Positions 1 through 9,959 of a stretch of 64,000 bases of DNA are shown here, one piece after another. Position numbers and translations under genes: made by a program. Origin of the DNA: an uncultured Acidimicrobiia bacterium (GTDB lineage: Bacteria > Acidobacteriota > Terriglobia > Versatilivoradales > Versatilivoraceae); the NCBI GenBank assembly GCA_963786955.1, contig CAWBAT010000004.1:512001-576000 (forward strand). The letters run 5' to 3'. The notes beneath the pieces were generated by a model, which was given only the letters and a program-made list of their open reading frames with translations, did no database searches and had not been told where the DNA came from. The first letter of the stretch is position 1, and each line of letters opens with the position of its first letter.

Positions 1-2241
1 TGCCAAACTGCGTTAGCTGAAGCGGAAGTGGAGTATGAGAATCATACGAGCCCATCCATCTACGTCAAATTCCCAGTGGCATCGGACCTCTCCTTTCTTG
101 CTCCTGATTTAGCAGGGAAACGGATCTACGTCATCATTTGGACCACAACGCCGTGGACTTTGCCCGCCAACCTGGGGATCGCATTCAACTCGCATTTAGA
201 ATACTCCGCAGTGGAAGTGGGCGAAGAAGTCTACATCATGGCTAGCGACCTGATCGAGGCGACGGCAAAACAATGTGGATTTACTCCCGGACATGTCGTT
301 GCTCAATTCCCCGGATCAAGTCTGGAACGACTGAAAGCCCGACACGCTTTCCTGGAACGAGATTCTCTTTTCGTCCTTGGCGACCATGTGACGCTGGAGC
401 AGGGCACGGGTTGCGTCCATACCGCGCCGGGGCACGGGCACGAAGACTACGTGACTGGAAAGATATACGGTCTAGACATCTATTGCCCGGTCAACAGTGT
501 AGGACAGTTCGTGGAAGGAACTGAACATTTCGCCGGAATGAATGTCTTTAAAGCAAACCCGGTCGTTGTGGAGCTTCTTCAATCCAAAGGCGCCTTACTC
601 GCAAGCGAAAATCTGACTCATTCCTACCCGCACTGCTGGCGGTGTCATCATCCGGTTATTTTCCGGGCTACCCCCCAATGGTTTATTTCCATGGACCATG
701 CAAACTTGCGGCAGTTGTCTTTGGAGGAAATCCGAAAAGTACGATGGATACCTGAATGGGGCGAAGAACGCATCTCGAATATGGTTTCGAGCCGCCCGGA
801 CTGGTGTATTTCGCGTCAACGCGTCTGGGGTGTGCCCATCATCATATTTTATTGCGATTCCTGCAATGAGCCGATCCTGGAAAAGAAGTTTATGGATCGG
901 GTTGTGGAGATCTTCGAACGAGAAGGATCCGATGCTTGGTTTCATCATCCTCCTGCCGAATTGTTGCCGCCGGGCGCTGTTTGTCCTCATTGCGGAGTAG
1001 CCAATTTCCGTAAGGAAACGGATATTTTGGACGTGTGGTTCGACTCGGGGTCCAGTCACCAAGCCGTGTTGGGGAAACGAGGTGATCTCCCATGGCCGGC
1101 GGATGTCTACATTGAGGGGGGCGATCAGTATCGCGGGTGGTTTCAGAGCTCACTACTGGTTGGAATGGGAGTGCACAATCAGGCACCCTACCGGCAGGTT
1201 CTCACTCATGGCTGGACGTTGGATGCGGAAGGAAAAGCCATGTCCAAATCGCTGGGAAACGTGATTGAACCACAAGCGGTCGTTAAGGATAATGGGGCAG
1301 AGATATTGCGCGCCTGGGTCGCCGCCAGTGACTTCAAAGAGGATGTGCGCATCTCCAAAGACATGCTGGGGCGGCTCTCCGAATTTTACCGTCGATTTCG
1401 GAATTCGGCTCGATGGATGCTGGCAAACCTTTATGACTTTTCCCCGCAGAGAGATACCGTCCCTCCGTCTTCTCTATCACAGATTGATCAATGGGCCCTC
1501 AACCAAACTGCTTCTCTGCTGAAAAAAATCGCAGGCTGGTACGAGGATTACGAGTTCCATCGCATCTTTCATGCGGTGAACGAATTTGTAACCGTCCAAT
1601 TGAGTGCCCTTTATTTCGATATTTTGAAAGATCGGCTCTACACTGCAGCCCCCAATTCGTTGCTTCGCCGCTCTTCTCAGACGGCGCTGTACCGAATTCT
1701 CGAAGCCCTCACCCGGGCTATGGCTCCCATATATAGCTTTACCTGCGACGAGATTTGGCAGTGCCTCTCTCAGTTTGAGAGCCGGGAGGCCAGTGTCCAC
1801 ATGGCCTCGTTCACGCAGCCGGATGCGCTGATAGCTGGAATCTCTCCCGAAGCACTCGTTCAGTTAAAAGACTGGGACAGGCTCATCGAACTCAGAGGAG
1901 AGGTTCTGAAGATCCTGGAGACAGCGAGGAAGGACAAGTTCCTGGGGAGCGCTCAGGAAGCCAAAGTACAGCTCGCGGGCAAGCCTGAGATCCTTGAGCT
2001 CCTCAAGAATTACCAGGCTTCCTTGCCCGCCCTTTTTATCGTGTCTCAAGTGGAAATCAAGGACGAATTGTCCAAAGGAACTTATTTCCTGGACAACGGG
2101 GAGATGCAGGTTTTGATCCTGCGCGCCGAGGGTCAGAAATGCGAGCGTTGCTGGAACTATTCGCTACAAGTCGGTCAGGATCCAAAATTCCAGACGGTCT
2201 GCGAAAAGTGTTCGGCCTCGTTAAAAGAAATGGGATTATGA
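1..2241 (+). CDS. ileS: Isoleucine--tRNA ligase (5' end outside window)
   Basis: Frame is open from base 1 (CQTALAEAEVEY). Motifs IWTTTPWT, GTGCVHTAPGHG, DWCISRQR, KMSKS-like AMSKS, and a C-terminal CERCW..CEKC zinc finger. Confidence 0.98.
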   Translation, partial: CQTALAEAEVEYENHTSPSIYVKFPVASDLSFLAPDLAGKRIYVIIWTTTPWTLPANLGIAFNSHLEYSAVEVGEEVYIMASDLIEATAKQCGFTPGHVVAQFPGSSLERLKARHAFLERDSLFVLGDHVTLEQGTGCVHTAPGHGHEDYVTGKIYGLDIYCPVNSVGQFVEGTEHFAGMNVFKANPVVVELLQSKGALLASENLTHSYPHCWRCHHPVIFRATPQWFISMDHANLRQLSLEEIRKVRWIPEWGEERISNMVSSRPDWCISRQRVWGVPIIIFYCDSCNEPILEKKFMDRVVEIFEREGSDAWFHHPPAELLPPGAVCPHCGVANFRKETDILDVWFDSGSSHQAVLGKRGDLPWPADVYIEGGDQYRGWFQSSLLVGMGVHNQAPYRQVLTHGWTLDAEGKAMSKSLGNVIEPQAVVKDNGAEILRAWVAASDFKEDVRISKDMLGRLSEFYRRFRNSARWMLANLYDFSPQRDTVPPSSLSQIDQWALNQTASLLKKIAGWYEDYEFHRIFHAVNEFVTVQLSALYFDILKDRLYTAAPNSLLRRSSQTALYRILEALTRAMAPIYSFTCDEIWQCLSQFESREASVHMASFTQPDALIAGISPEALVQLKDWDRLIELRGEVLKILETARKDKFLGSAQEAKVQLAGKPEILELLKNYQASLPALFIVSQVEIKDELSKGTYFLDNGEMQVLILRAEGQKCERCWNYSLQVGQDPKFQTVCEKCSASLKEMGL

Positions 2242-2741
2242 CTCGGTATTTTTACTTCCTCATTCCGCCAATTCTTTTTGCTTTAGATCGATGGACGAAA
2301 GCCCTCATTGAGAGCCACCTCGCTTTGTTTCAGTCGCAGCCTGTGGTACCGGGGTTTGTCGACTTGACTCATACACGCAACACAGGGATTGCCTTTGGCC
2401 TGTTGGCGAACAGTAATTCGCCCTGGATGCCAACCGTCCTCACGCTCTCTTCAGCTCTGGCGCTCATCCTCATCTTGTTCTTTTCGCTGAGACAACCGGC
2501 TAGCAATTGGAAACTCCAGATCGGGCTGATGCTGGTGCTAGGCGGGGCTGCAGGAAATCTCTTTGATCGACTGTCCTATGGATATGTCATCGATTTTATC
2601 GATGTCTTCTACAGAAACTATCACTGGCCAACCTTTAACGTGGCAGATAGCTCTATCTCGGTAGGCATTGGGTTGTTACTGCTCGAAGCACTGACCCAGA
2701 AAAACCCAATGGAAAAGGCAGACACGATTCTCATTAAATAA
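2238..2741 (+). CDS. lspA: Lipoprotein signal peptidase II
   Basis: NTGIAFG, GNLFDR, VIDFI and FNVAD motifs. ATG overlaps the ileS stop (ATGA). Confidence 0.96.
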   Translation: MTRYFYFLIPPILFALDRWTKALIESHLALFQSQPVVPGFVDLTHTRNTGIAFGLLANSNSPWMPTVLTLSSALALILILFFSLRQPASNWKLQIGLMLVLGGAAGNLFDRLSYGYVIDFIDVFYRNYHWPTFNVADSSISVGIGLLLLEALTQKNPMEKADTILIK

Positions 2742-2811
2742 TATGGTGTAGTGGCCTCTCTTAGAAGGGCTCATCCGTCCCCAGAAACAGACGCAATGTC
2801 AAAGGTCAAAC

Positions 2812-3621
2812 TTGTTCCCTAAACTTTTCGAATATTCCTGGCTTGTCATTCATACCTATGGATTTCTCCTCGCCTTGGGTTTCGTCTCAGGGCTGTATGT
2901 GAGCGCCCGAGCGGCCCAGCGGGAAGGGATAAACCCTGCTAAGGTTTATGATCTCGGATTGTATATCGCCATCAGTTCCCTCGTGGGGGCCAAGCTGCTG
3001 CTAATCATCACCGAGTATGCATACTACTCGGAAAATCCCGCCGAAATTTTTTCTCTGGCAACCTTGAGGTCGGGAGGCGTTTATTATGGGGGATTCCTGG
3101 TAGCGGCCACGGTAGGAATCAGCCTCGTGCGATATCAAAAGCTTCCCGTCTGGAAAATGACCGACATTTTTTCTCCGGGAATTGCGTTGGGACAATCGAT
3201 TGGCAGGCTTGGATGTTTTGCCGCCGGATGCTGCTATGGTCGGCCAACCCTATCGTTGTTTGGAGTCACCTTCAAAAACCCTTACAGCCAAGACACTGTC
3301 GGCGTACCATTGAATATTCCTCTCCATCCTGCACAGCTTTACGAAGCAGCCACGAATCTGGTAATTTTTTTTCTTCTTTGGACAACCCTGAAAAAGAAGA
3401 GATTTGATGGTCAGGTTTTCATTCTCTATCTCGTGTATTACTCAACCAGTCGATTTGTCATCGAATTTTTCCGCGGCGACCCGGAAAGAGGCTTCCTGTT
3501 TAATGGGCTACTTTCTACTTCTCAATTTATCAGCCTGGTCTTGCTGGTTTGTGCGGCCGTCCTGTATGTCGCATTGAAACGGCTGCAACTTCCGAACCAG
3601 GTTCCGGCTCGATCGAAGTGA
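2812..3621 (+). CDS. lgt: Prolipoprotein diacylglyceryl transferase
   Basis: GRLGCF, HPAQLYE and RFVIEFFR motifs; multi-TM; TTG start. Confidence 0.95.
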   Translation: MFPKLFEYSWLVIHTYGFLLALGFVSGLYVSARAAQREGINPAKVYDLGLYIAISSLVGAKLLLIITEYAYYSENPAEIFSLATLRSGGVYYGGFLVAATVGISLVRYQKLPVWKMTDIFSPGIALGQSIGRLGCFAAGCCYGRPTLSLFGVTFKNPYSQDTVGVPLNIPLHPAQLYEAATNLVIFFLLWTTLKKKRFDGQVFILYLVYYSTSRFVIEFFRGDPERGFLFNGLLSTSQFISLVLLVCAAVLYVALKRLQLPNQVPARSK

Positions 3622-4610
3622 CCCCCTCCATCGAATTACGCACTTTCATTGCAGAAGAACCCGATCATCATCACCGTTTGGATCATTTCCTTTGCAGCCA
3701 ACTGCCGGAACGTAGTCGTTCGCAGATCCAGAAATGGATTGATGAGGGATGTGTCCTCGTCGACGGAATCACGGTTAAGCGGAGTTATAAGATTCGCGGC
3801 AGCGAAAAAATCACCGTTAATATCCCTTCCCCGACCCCGCCGGCTGGCTTTGCTGAAGACATTCCTCTCAGTATCCTCTATGAAGACGCTGACCTGGCTA
3901 TCATCAACAAACCGGCTGGGATGGTCGTCCATGTGGGAGCCGGCGTCAGGCAAGGGACTCTAGTGAATGCTCTGCTCAGCCACTTCTCCGAGCTTTCAGA
4001 GAGCGGGGGGCATGAACGCCCCGGAATTGTTCATCGTCTGGACAAACAAACTTCGGGGCTACTCGTCGTGGCCAAAAACAATTTGAGCCATGTGAACCTT
4101 TCCAAACAGTTTCAATTCCGGTCTGTAAAGAAGCACTATTGGGCCTTGGTTCATGGACTCTTCGAAAAACCGCGTGGAGAAATCAAAACCCCAATAGGGA
4201 GAGATGCTCGCAATCGAGTCAAGATGACGACCCGATCAAATCGAGGACGAGAAGCTTATACGTCCTTTGAGGTTGTCGAAGAGCTGGTCAATTTCTCTCT
4301 CGTTCGTCTCCATATTCGAACAGGCAGAACTCATCAGATCCGGGTCCACTTGGCGTCGGTTAGCCATCCGGTTGTGGGAGACACCCTCTATGGCGCTCCT
4401 TCCCGAATCCAATTACCCGGGACAAACCAAGGGGTTCTAACCCTGAACAGAAATTTTCTGCATGCCTACTCGCTTGAGTTCGCGCATCCCCGGAGCGGAG
4501 AGTGGCTTTCGTTTAGCTGCGAGCTTCCCCCTGAATTGTCTCAGATCCTCGCCAAGTTGCGAGAGGCCCACTTGGAAAAAAAGAACCCGTTAGAAGGGAT
4601 TGAACGTTAA
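3618..4610 (+). CDS. rluD: RluA/RluD-family 23S rRNA pseudouridine synthase
   Basis: N-terminal S4 domain (RLD), NKPAG, GIVHRLDKQTSG and GRTHQIRVH motifs. GTG overlaps the lgt stop. Confidence 0.92.
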   Translation: MTPSIELRTFIAEEPDHHHRLDHFLCSQLPERSRSQIQKWIDEGCVLVDGITVKRSYKIRGSEKITVNIPSPTPPAGFAEDIPLSILYEDADLAIINKPAGMVVHVGAGVRQGTLVNALLSHFSELSESGGHERPGIVHRLDKQTSGLLVVAKNNLSHVNLSKQFQFRSVKKHYWALVHGLFEKPRGEIKTPIGRDARNRVKMTTRSNRGREAYTSFEVVEELVNFSLVRLHIRTGRTHQIRVHLASVSHPVVGDTLYGAPSRIQLPGTNQGVLTLNRNFLHAYSLEFAHPRSGEWLSFSCELPPELSQILAKLREAHLEKKNPLEGIER

Positions 4611-4675
4611 CTAGGCTGAAGCGGGTATCAGAGTTGATTTTTGAATCTGCAGCTTTATGTAACTGAAGAGGAGAA

Positions 4676-4965
4676 AAGCCGCGGACCCAAATATCGGGTC
4701 CGCGCTACACTCGGACAAAACCGCAGCGCAGTGACCTGCCTTTAGAACCTAATATTCGTTAAAATCAGAGCTCCATTAGGAGCGGCCCTTTGGCGTTTGT
4801 GCTGCGTCGAATGAACCCACAGCCGAAAACGGCGTCGCGGAGCTTGGCCCTCCAGACCAGAAGCGGTGGGAATCTCATAAAAAAACTCAAGGTCTTATAA
4901 CAGCGTATTTTCTGCGGCCCCGAAAAGCCCACGACGAATTCAAAATCAATTCGTCGTGGCTACAA
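4676..4965. repeat. REP-like palindromes (GTAG/CTAC-ended)
   Basis: aaagccgcggaccc..gggtccgcgctacactcgg recurs in reverse at ~41790-41815 and ~42126-42175. A second hairpin, cacgacgaatt..aattcgtcgtggctac, lies at ~4929-4963. Confidence 0.75.
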
Positions 4966-4993
4966 ATCTTGTGCCTTCGGCAAGGGGACTGGG

Positions 4994-5022
4994 TTGACGG
5001 GTCTCTGTCATCCGCCTATAAT
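4994..5022 (+). promoter_or_regulatory. Sigma70 promoter of the VWA gene
   Basis: TTGACG-17 nt-TATAAT, about 50 nt upstream of ATG 5074. Confidence 0.75.
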
Positions 5023-5073
5023 CCAGGCATCCCTCATCATCAGCGGGGAAAGAGAAAGGGTAGAGGCAGAGGC

Positions 5074-6033
5074 ATGAAATCAAATTGTTTATTGAAGTTC
5101 CTGGCTTTGATGGCACTCATCATTTTTCTTTCCAAGGGAGAATGGCCTTTTCAGTTTCTCTCAAAGGTCGATGCCGCAGAGGATAACCCCTCTGGTAACA
5201 AAGAGATTGCCATTGATGTGGACCTTGTCAACTTTCCCTTATCTGCTTTAGACAAGAAAGGTGTTCCCGTCAAAGATCTTCGCCAGGACGAGATCAAGGT
5301 TTTTGAGGATAACGAACTCCAACGGATCACGAATTTCTCTCATGACCCAGATGCTCCCCTTGCGATTGCCCTGGTTATTGATACGAGCACCAGCTCCCGG
5401 GTCAAGTTTAAGGTTGAACAGGATGCGGCCATTGACTTTGCTCAAACGGCCGTTCGCCGCAAGAAGGATAGTTGCCTTCTGATGAGCTTTGATTCCACGA
5501 TCGATTTATTGCAGCCGTTCACGGACGATCCGGACCTTTTGACACGCGCCATCAAACGGCTAAAGACCGGCGGTGGAACGAAGATGTTCGATGCAATTCA
5601 CAAGGCCTGCCAAGAATACTTGGTGAAGGAGCGGGGTAAACGTCGCGTCCTGATCTTAATCAGCGACGGGGACGACAACATGAGCTATGAAACCCTCGAA
5701 TCGACTTTACAGGTCATCTTGCAAACCGATGTTTCCGTCTTCTCAATCAGTACTAATTCCAGCGGATTTTTCGGGATGGAGAATCCCAAACTAGACAAAC
5801 TTTTCAAACGGTTTGCAGAAGAATCTGGAGGGCGAGCCTTCTTCCCAAAAAAGATCGAAGACATGGCCTACAACTTCCGTGACATCACTGAGGAACTGAG
5901 AGACCAATATTCCCTCGCCTACCACACAACCAATAAAACCAAATCTGGGGCGTTCCGAAGCATCAAAGTTGAGTCAACCCGAAAGGATGTGAAATTGAAA
6001 TATCGGAAGGGCTATTACGCGCCTCGTGGGTAA
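5074..6033 (+). CDS. Acidobacterial VWFA-related secreted VWA domain protein
   Basis: N-terminal hydrophobic segment, VDLVN..D.KG.PV.DL motif, MIDAS DTSTS, ISDGDD, C-terminal RKGYYAP. Confidence 0.88.
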   Translation: MKSNCLLKFLALMALIIFLSKGEWPFQFLSKVDAAEDNPSGNKEIAIDVDLVNFPLSALDKKGVPVKDLRQDEIKVFEDNELQRITNFSHDPDAPLAIALVIDTSTSSRVKFKVEQDAAIDFAQTAVRRKKDSCLLMSFDSTIDLLQPFTDDPDLLTRAIKRLKTGGGTKMFDAIHKACQEYLVKERGKRRVLILISDGDDNMSYETLESTLQVILQTDVSVFSISTNSSGFFGMENPKLDKLFKRFAEESGGRAFFPKKIEDMAYNFRDITEELRDQYSLAYHTTNKTKSGAFRSIKVESTRKDVKLKYRKGYYAPRG

Positions 6034-6046
6034 GTCTTCGAGAATA

Positions 6047-7092
6047 CTATCGGAAGAAGACAAAGAGGAAGAAAAGTACAACGAGGAGCATCATCAAAGG
6101 AATCCAGTAGTGGAATCCTTCTGGTTTCGTGGTTCCAAAGGAAGGTAAGTATTTACCTTCCTTCTTCAAGTCTATACTCTCCGAAAGCGAAGTCGGCTGA
6201 TCCGGTTCCTGGGATGGAATTTGTTCTTTGACGTTTGGAGATCAAGGCTGATTTCATCCAGTTCGAAAGAGTCGGCCGAACTGTCTTGCGCCCGAACAGG
6301 TGGTTGATTGGAGGTCGCCTCTTGAGCACCTTCAAATTCTAAGATCGTCTCTTCCTTCAGCGATAACTCTTCTTCGATCTCTTGGGCTCTCTTCTCTTCC
6401 CTAAGGTTGACCTCCTTTTCCAAATCAATTCGAAACGCGTCCAACGCCGCATCAATTTCTTCTGTTTCAATCGCCGCAATGAGCGAAGAATTCGATGTTG
6501 CCGAAGCGGGGGCGCTGGAATGCAAAGTCAGTTTTTGATCAGCCTTCTTGCTGGCCAGAGAGGATTTTCCCACTTCGAAAAGAGATTCTACATCCAGAAG
6601 GTCCTCGTCCGATTGCCCAACCGGTCGCTCCACAGGGGTGGTTGACACCATGCCGGCGGCTTCATCCAGGACATTCGGGAAATCAACCACTCCCTCATCC
6701 TTAACCCCCGAGGCAGGGATTTCAGAGAAGGCTGTCTTGATCACCTTCATCAATAGCCATTTTGGAATAGGTTTTTCCAGGAAATCGATGGCGCCGCACC
6801 CAAAGATGGCCTCTTTGCGGTACTTCTCTGCCTTGTAGATGGCTGAGTACATGACCACTGGTCTGGCCACTCCCAATTGTCCGCTTGTAATTTTCTTGCA
6901 TAGTTCGAATCCATTGAGTTTTGGCAAGAGTGCGGCTGTCAGCACCAAATCAGGGACATTGTGTTGGTAGGTATGTAAAGCCTGCTGGCCATCAGAGACG
7001 GTAAGCAGAGAAAAATCTTCTTCCTTCAGGATATCCTGAATATATTCGATCGAACTCCGTTCATAATCGACGATAAGTATTTTCTTTGACAT
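6047..7092 (-). CDS. Atypical receiver-domain protein with acidic linker and probable C-terminal TM anchor (frameshift near 6240)
   Basis: KILIVD..PDLVLT..LPKLNGFELC receiver, with Ala at the usual phospho-Asp position. An alternative frame from ~6240 continues to WIPLMMLLVVLFFLFVFFR* at 6047. Confidence 0.7.
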
Positions 7093-7501
7093 GCTTAGGC
7101 CTTCTGTCTCTTATGCATCCGCAGAATTATCATCGGGTCAGGGGAGATCCATTAAGACAATAATCCCTTCCTTATTAATGACATCCAATTTCTCTATTCG
7201 GTAAAAGAAGCCTTTAACTTTATTCCTTCCGAAGATTGAGCCGCGTTTTTTCAGTCCACTGTCCAATCTGGGAAACGTATCTGCTTAAATTCCCATTTGA
7301 GTTTGGAACGATGAGGGCCGAATAAGTGTCGACCAAACAACGGCTTGCCATCACCAAAAATGAAAGTTTGTGCGAGTCTGTGGTATGATTTTTAAGACAT
7401 ATTGATTTGTCTGGGGAGTTTTGAATATCGTTCTTCAGTCTACTGCTTGCAGCTTTTTTCAGAGCCGATAAAGTCCGATGAGTCAGCCAAGCTTTCAGAT
7501 C

Positions 7502-8542
7502 ATGAATGCTTTCCGAAAAGGGATTATTGCCCTTTTGGTTTTCTATTTCATGTGGAGCGGGATTTTTCCGAGCCAGATCGGTGCTCAAAAAAAAGATGAC
7601 ACGTATCAATTGAAAGTACCGGTTGAGCTCGTTATTGTCCCCGTCACTGTAATTGATAAGGATGGGAACCTCATTTCGGATTTGACCAAAGAAGACTTTG
7701 AACTTTATGTCGACGGCGTCCCGCAGGCCGTTACTTATTTCTCGTCTGACCCAGTCCCATTATCAGTCGCCATCCTGATTGACAAATCAATGGAGTCGAC
7801 AACCCTCTCTTCCATCAAGAATACTCTGACTTCTTTGGTTGAATCATTCAGCCCCTTTGATGAAATCGCGATTTTTCAATTTGAAAACACCTCAGACAAA
7901 CTTCAGGATTTCACATTTAACAAAGAAGAGGTCTTAGCGGCGCTCAAGAAATTGAGCTTTGCAAGTGCCTCAGGTTCAACTTTTGGTGAGGGCTCATTCT
8001 CTGGAACTGGCGGAACAGGGGATACTAAGATCAATGGTGTGGTCATTGATAGCGCTCAAGGAAGAGTGCCTCCCCCAAAAACATTGAACACCCACATCCA
8101 TGACGCGGTCTTCAATACAGCCATGGAACTCCGGCGAAGGAGCAAGGAACGGCGAGGGATTATCGTAATCATATCGAATGGCCAGAATGCACCTGGAAAC
8201 CGCGTTTCGTATGACGAGGCCATCGGGGCCGTTGTCCGCGCGGAGATCCAAATTTATAGTATTGCCCAAGGGAGTTCTCTGTTCTATAGAAAGCTCAACC
8301 TTCTCGGCAAATACGCCAGCGCATCCGGTGGGTCAGTTTTTTTCCCGGTTAAGAACGAAAGTTTGTCGGACGCTTATCAGAAAACCGGACAAATGGCCCG
8401 CAATAAATATATGCTCGGATTCGTTCCCCATGACAACGTGAAGGAGCCCACGTTTCAAAAGCTGACGGTCCGCATTCGGACAAAGGACTCCAAAGTTGAA
8501 GATATCCGCTATCGCAAAGGCTTTTATTTGATGCCGCATTAA
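7502..8542 (+). CDS. Acidobacterial VWFA-related secreted VWA domain protein
   Basis: Signal peptide, VELVIVPVTV.DKDG, degenerate MIDAS (DKSME, ISNG), C-terminal RKGFY. Confidence 0.85.
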   Translation: MNAFRKGIIALLVFYFMWSGIFPSQIGAQKKDDTYQLKVPVELVIVPVTVIDKDGNLISDLTKEDFELYVDGVPQAVTYFSSDPVPLSVAILIDKSMESTTLSSIKNTLTSLVESFSPFDEIAIFQFENTSDKLQDFTFNKEEVLAALKKLSFASASGSTFGEGSFSGTGGTGDTKINGVVIDSAQGRVPPPKTLNTHIHDAVFNTAMELRRRSKERRGIIVIISNGQNAPGNRVSYDEAIGAVVRAEIQIYSIAQGSSLFYRKLNLLGKYASASGGSVFFPVKNESLSDAYQKTGQMARNKYMLGFVPHDNVKEPTFQKLTVRIRTKDSKVEDIRYRKGFYLMPH

Positions 8543-8717
8543 CGCGATTCTGTCCAAAGCCACCTTGGAGAGACTTCAACTGGAACCAAAGCTTTAAACC
8601 CTCATTCCTCGCTCCTTCCGATTCCTGATTCTTCGTTGCCCAGGTAAGAAAATTGAGTCCATCCTCCGATTTGGTTCTATAATTTGAGTAAAGCAAGTCT
8701 CTGGATAGGCAGGAGTC

Positions 8718-9482
8718 ATGGCTTTGGCGAAATTCAAGTCACTTCTCTTCACTCTTTTCTTCCTGACATCAGGAATCGTCCTGAATGCCGATACATCGAG
8801 CAGCCTGTCAGAAGACTCAAGGATCAAGATTATTCGCACTCTGGGTAGCGAATACGTGGCCCTCAAGATTCCACTCCCAATCAACAATAGAGGCCTGACG
8901 ATCAACTCGAATGGAGAATTTGATTGGAAAAGAAATGAAGAAGCTGCACTCTCAGCCGGGCAATTTATTGCCCCTGGCATTACCGTTCAGATCACGAAAA
9001 TTAATATTTTACCGAGCAAGATTGTTTTCGAGATCAATGGAGGAGGAAGAAAAAAGAAACGATTTCTGGAACATATTCAGGTAGGCGGTAGCGGTGGAGG
9101 GCGCACCTTGGCGGACCCAACCTCAGACGCGCCTCCACAAGGATCCTATGTGAATATTCAGTTCGCCAAATTCATTCCGGAATTATCCCCGGAGGAAATA
9201 CGGCAGATCCTTTCAAATGTGCTGGATTTCAGCATGAAATCTGCCGTCAAAAGCTTCATCGAATCAGTCCCTGATGAGTTCCAGGACGCGGTCAAAGAAA
9301 AGAAAGCCGTCGTCGGCATGGACAAAGATCTCGTCATCGCGGCCTTGGGACGGCCACTTCGAAAGATCCGAGAAAAGAAAGGAGAGGTTGAATCCGAGGA
9401 ATGGGTTTACGGTGAAAAACCTCAGAAGGTGATTTTCGTGACTTTCCAAAGCGGTAAAGTGGTCAGCGTGAAAGAATACTAG
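8718..9482 (+). CDS. Secreted hypothetical protein with SmpA/OmlA-like C-terminal motif
   Basis: Signal peptide, RBS AGGAG, GMDKDLVIAALGRP..EEWVYG motif. Confidence 0.7.
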   Translation: MALAKFKSLLFTLFFLTSGIVLNADTSSSLSEDSRIKIIRTLGSEYVALKIPLPINNRGLTINSNGEFDWKRNEEAALSAGQFIAPGITVQITKINILPSKIVFEINGGGRKKKRFLEHIQVGGSGGGRTLADPTSDAPPQGSYVNIQFAKFIPELSPEEIRQILSNVLDFSMKSAVKSFIESVPDEFQDAVKEKKAVVGMDKDLVIAALGRPLRKIREKKGEVESEEWVYGEKPQKVIFVTFQSGKVVSVKEY

Positions 9483-9500
9483 CCCTCATCCCCCCCTGAA

Positions 9501-9953
9501 TCAAAATTTCTTGGTCTGACGCAGAGCCTCATAGAGCACAATGGCGGCGGCATTGCTAAGATTGAGACTTCGTGGTTTTGTTCCCCACATGGGAATTTTG
9601 ATGGAAGAGTCAGGATTGTCACACACCAGCTCACTGGGAAGTCCGCGAGTCTCACTCCCAAATACTAGGTAGTCATTCCAGCCATATCGAATGTCCGTAT
9701 AGAGTCGGGTGGCTTTGGTGCTGACATAGTAGAAGCGGCCGGTATGGGCCGTTTGTTTCAATTCCTCGAGGGAATCGTGGTAACTGACGGTTACGCTCTC
9801 CCAATAATCAAGACCGGCACGCCGCAGATAATAGTCTGAGGTTGAGAATCCTAGCTTGCCAATCAGATGGAGGGGGGACTCCGTCAGCGCGCAGAGACGG
9901 GCAATATTACCGGTATTTTGCGGAATTTCCGGCTCAACTAGCACGACATGCAT
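9501..9953 (-). CDS. trmL: tRNA (cytidine/uridine-34 2'-O)-methyltransferase
   Basis: PEIPQNTGNIARLC, RRAGLDYW, FGSETRGL and RSLNLSN motifs. Confidence 0.96.
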   Translation of the reverse strand: MHVVLVEPEIPQNTGNIARLCALTESPLHLIGKLGFSTSDYYLRRAGLDYWESVTVSYHDSLEELKQTAHTGRFYYVSTKATRLYTDIRYGWNDYLVFGSETRGLPSELVCDNPDSSIKIPMWGTKPRSLNLSNAAAIVLYEALRQTKKF

Positions 9954-9959
9954 ATCTGC

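Noticed and set aside
4742-4900. Possible MITE (tagaacct...aggtctta)
   Set aside because: Terminal match is too short and there is no convincing target duplication.
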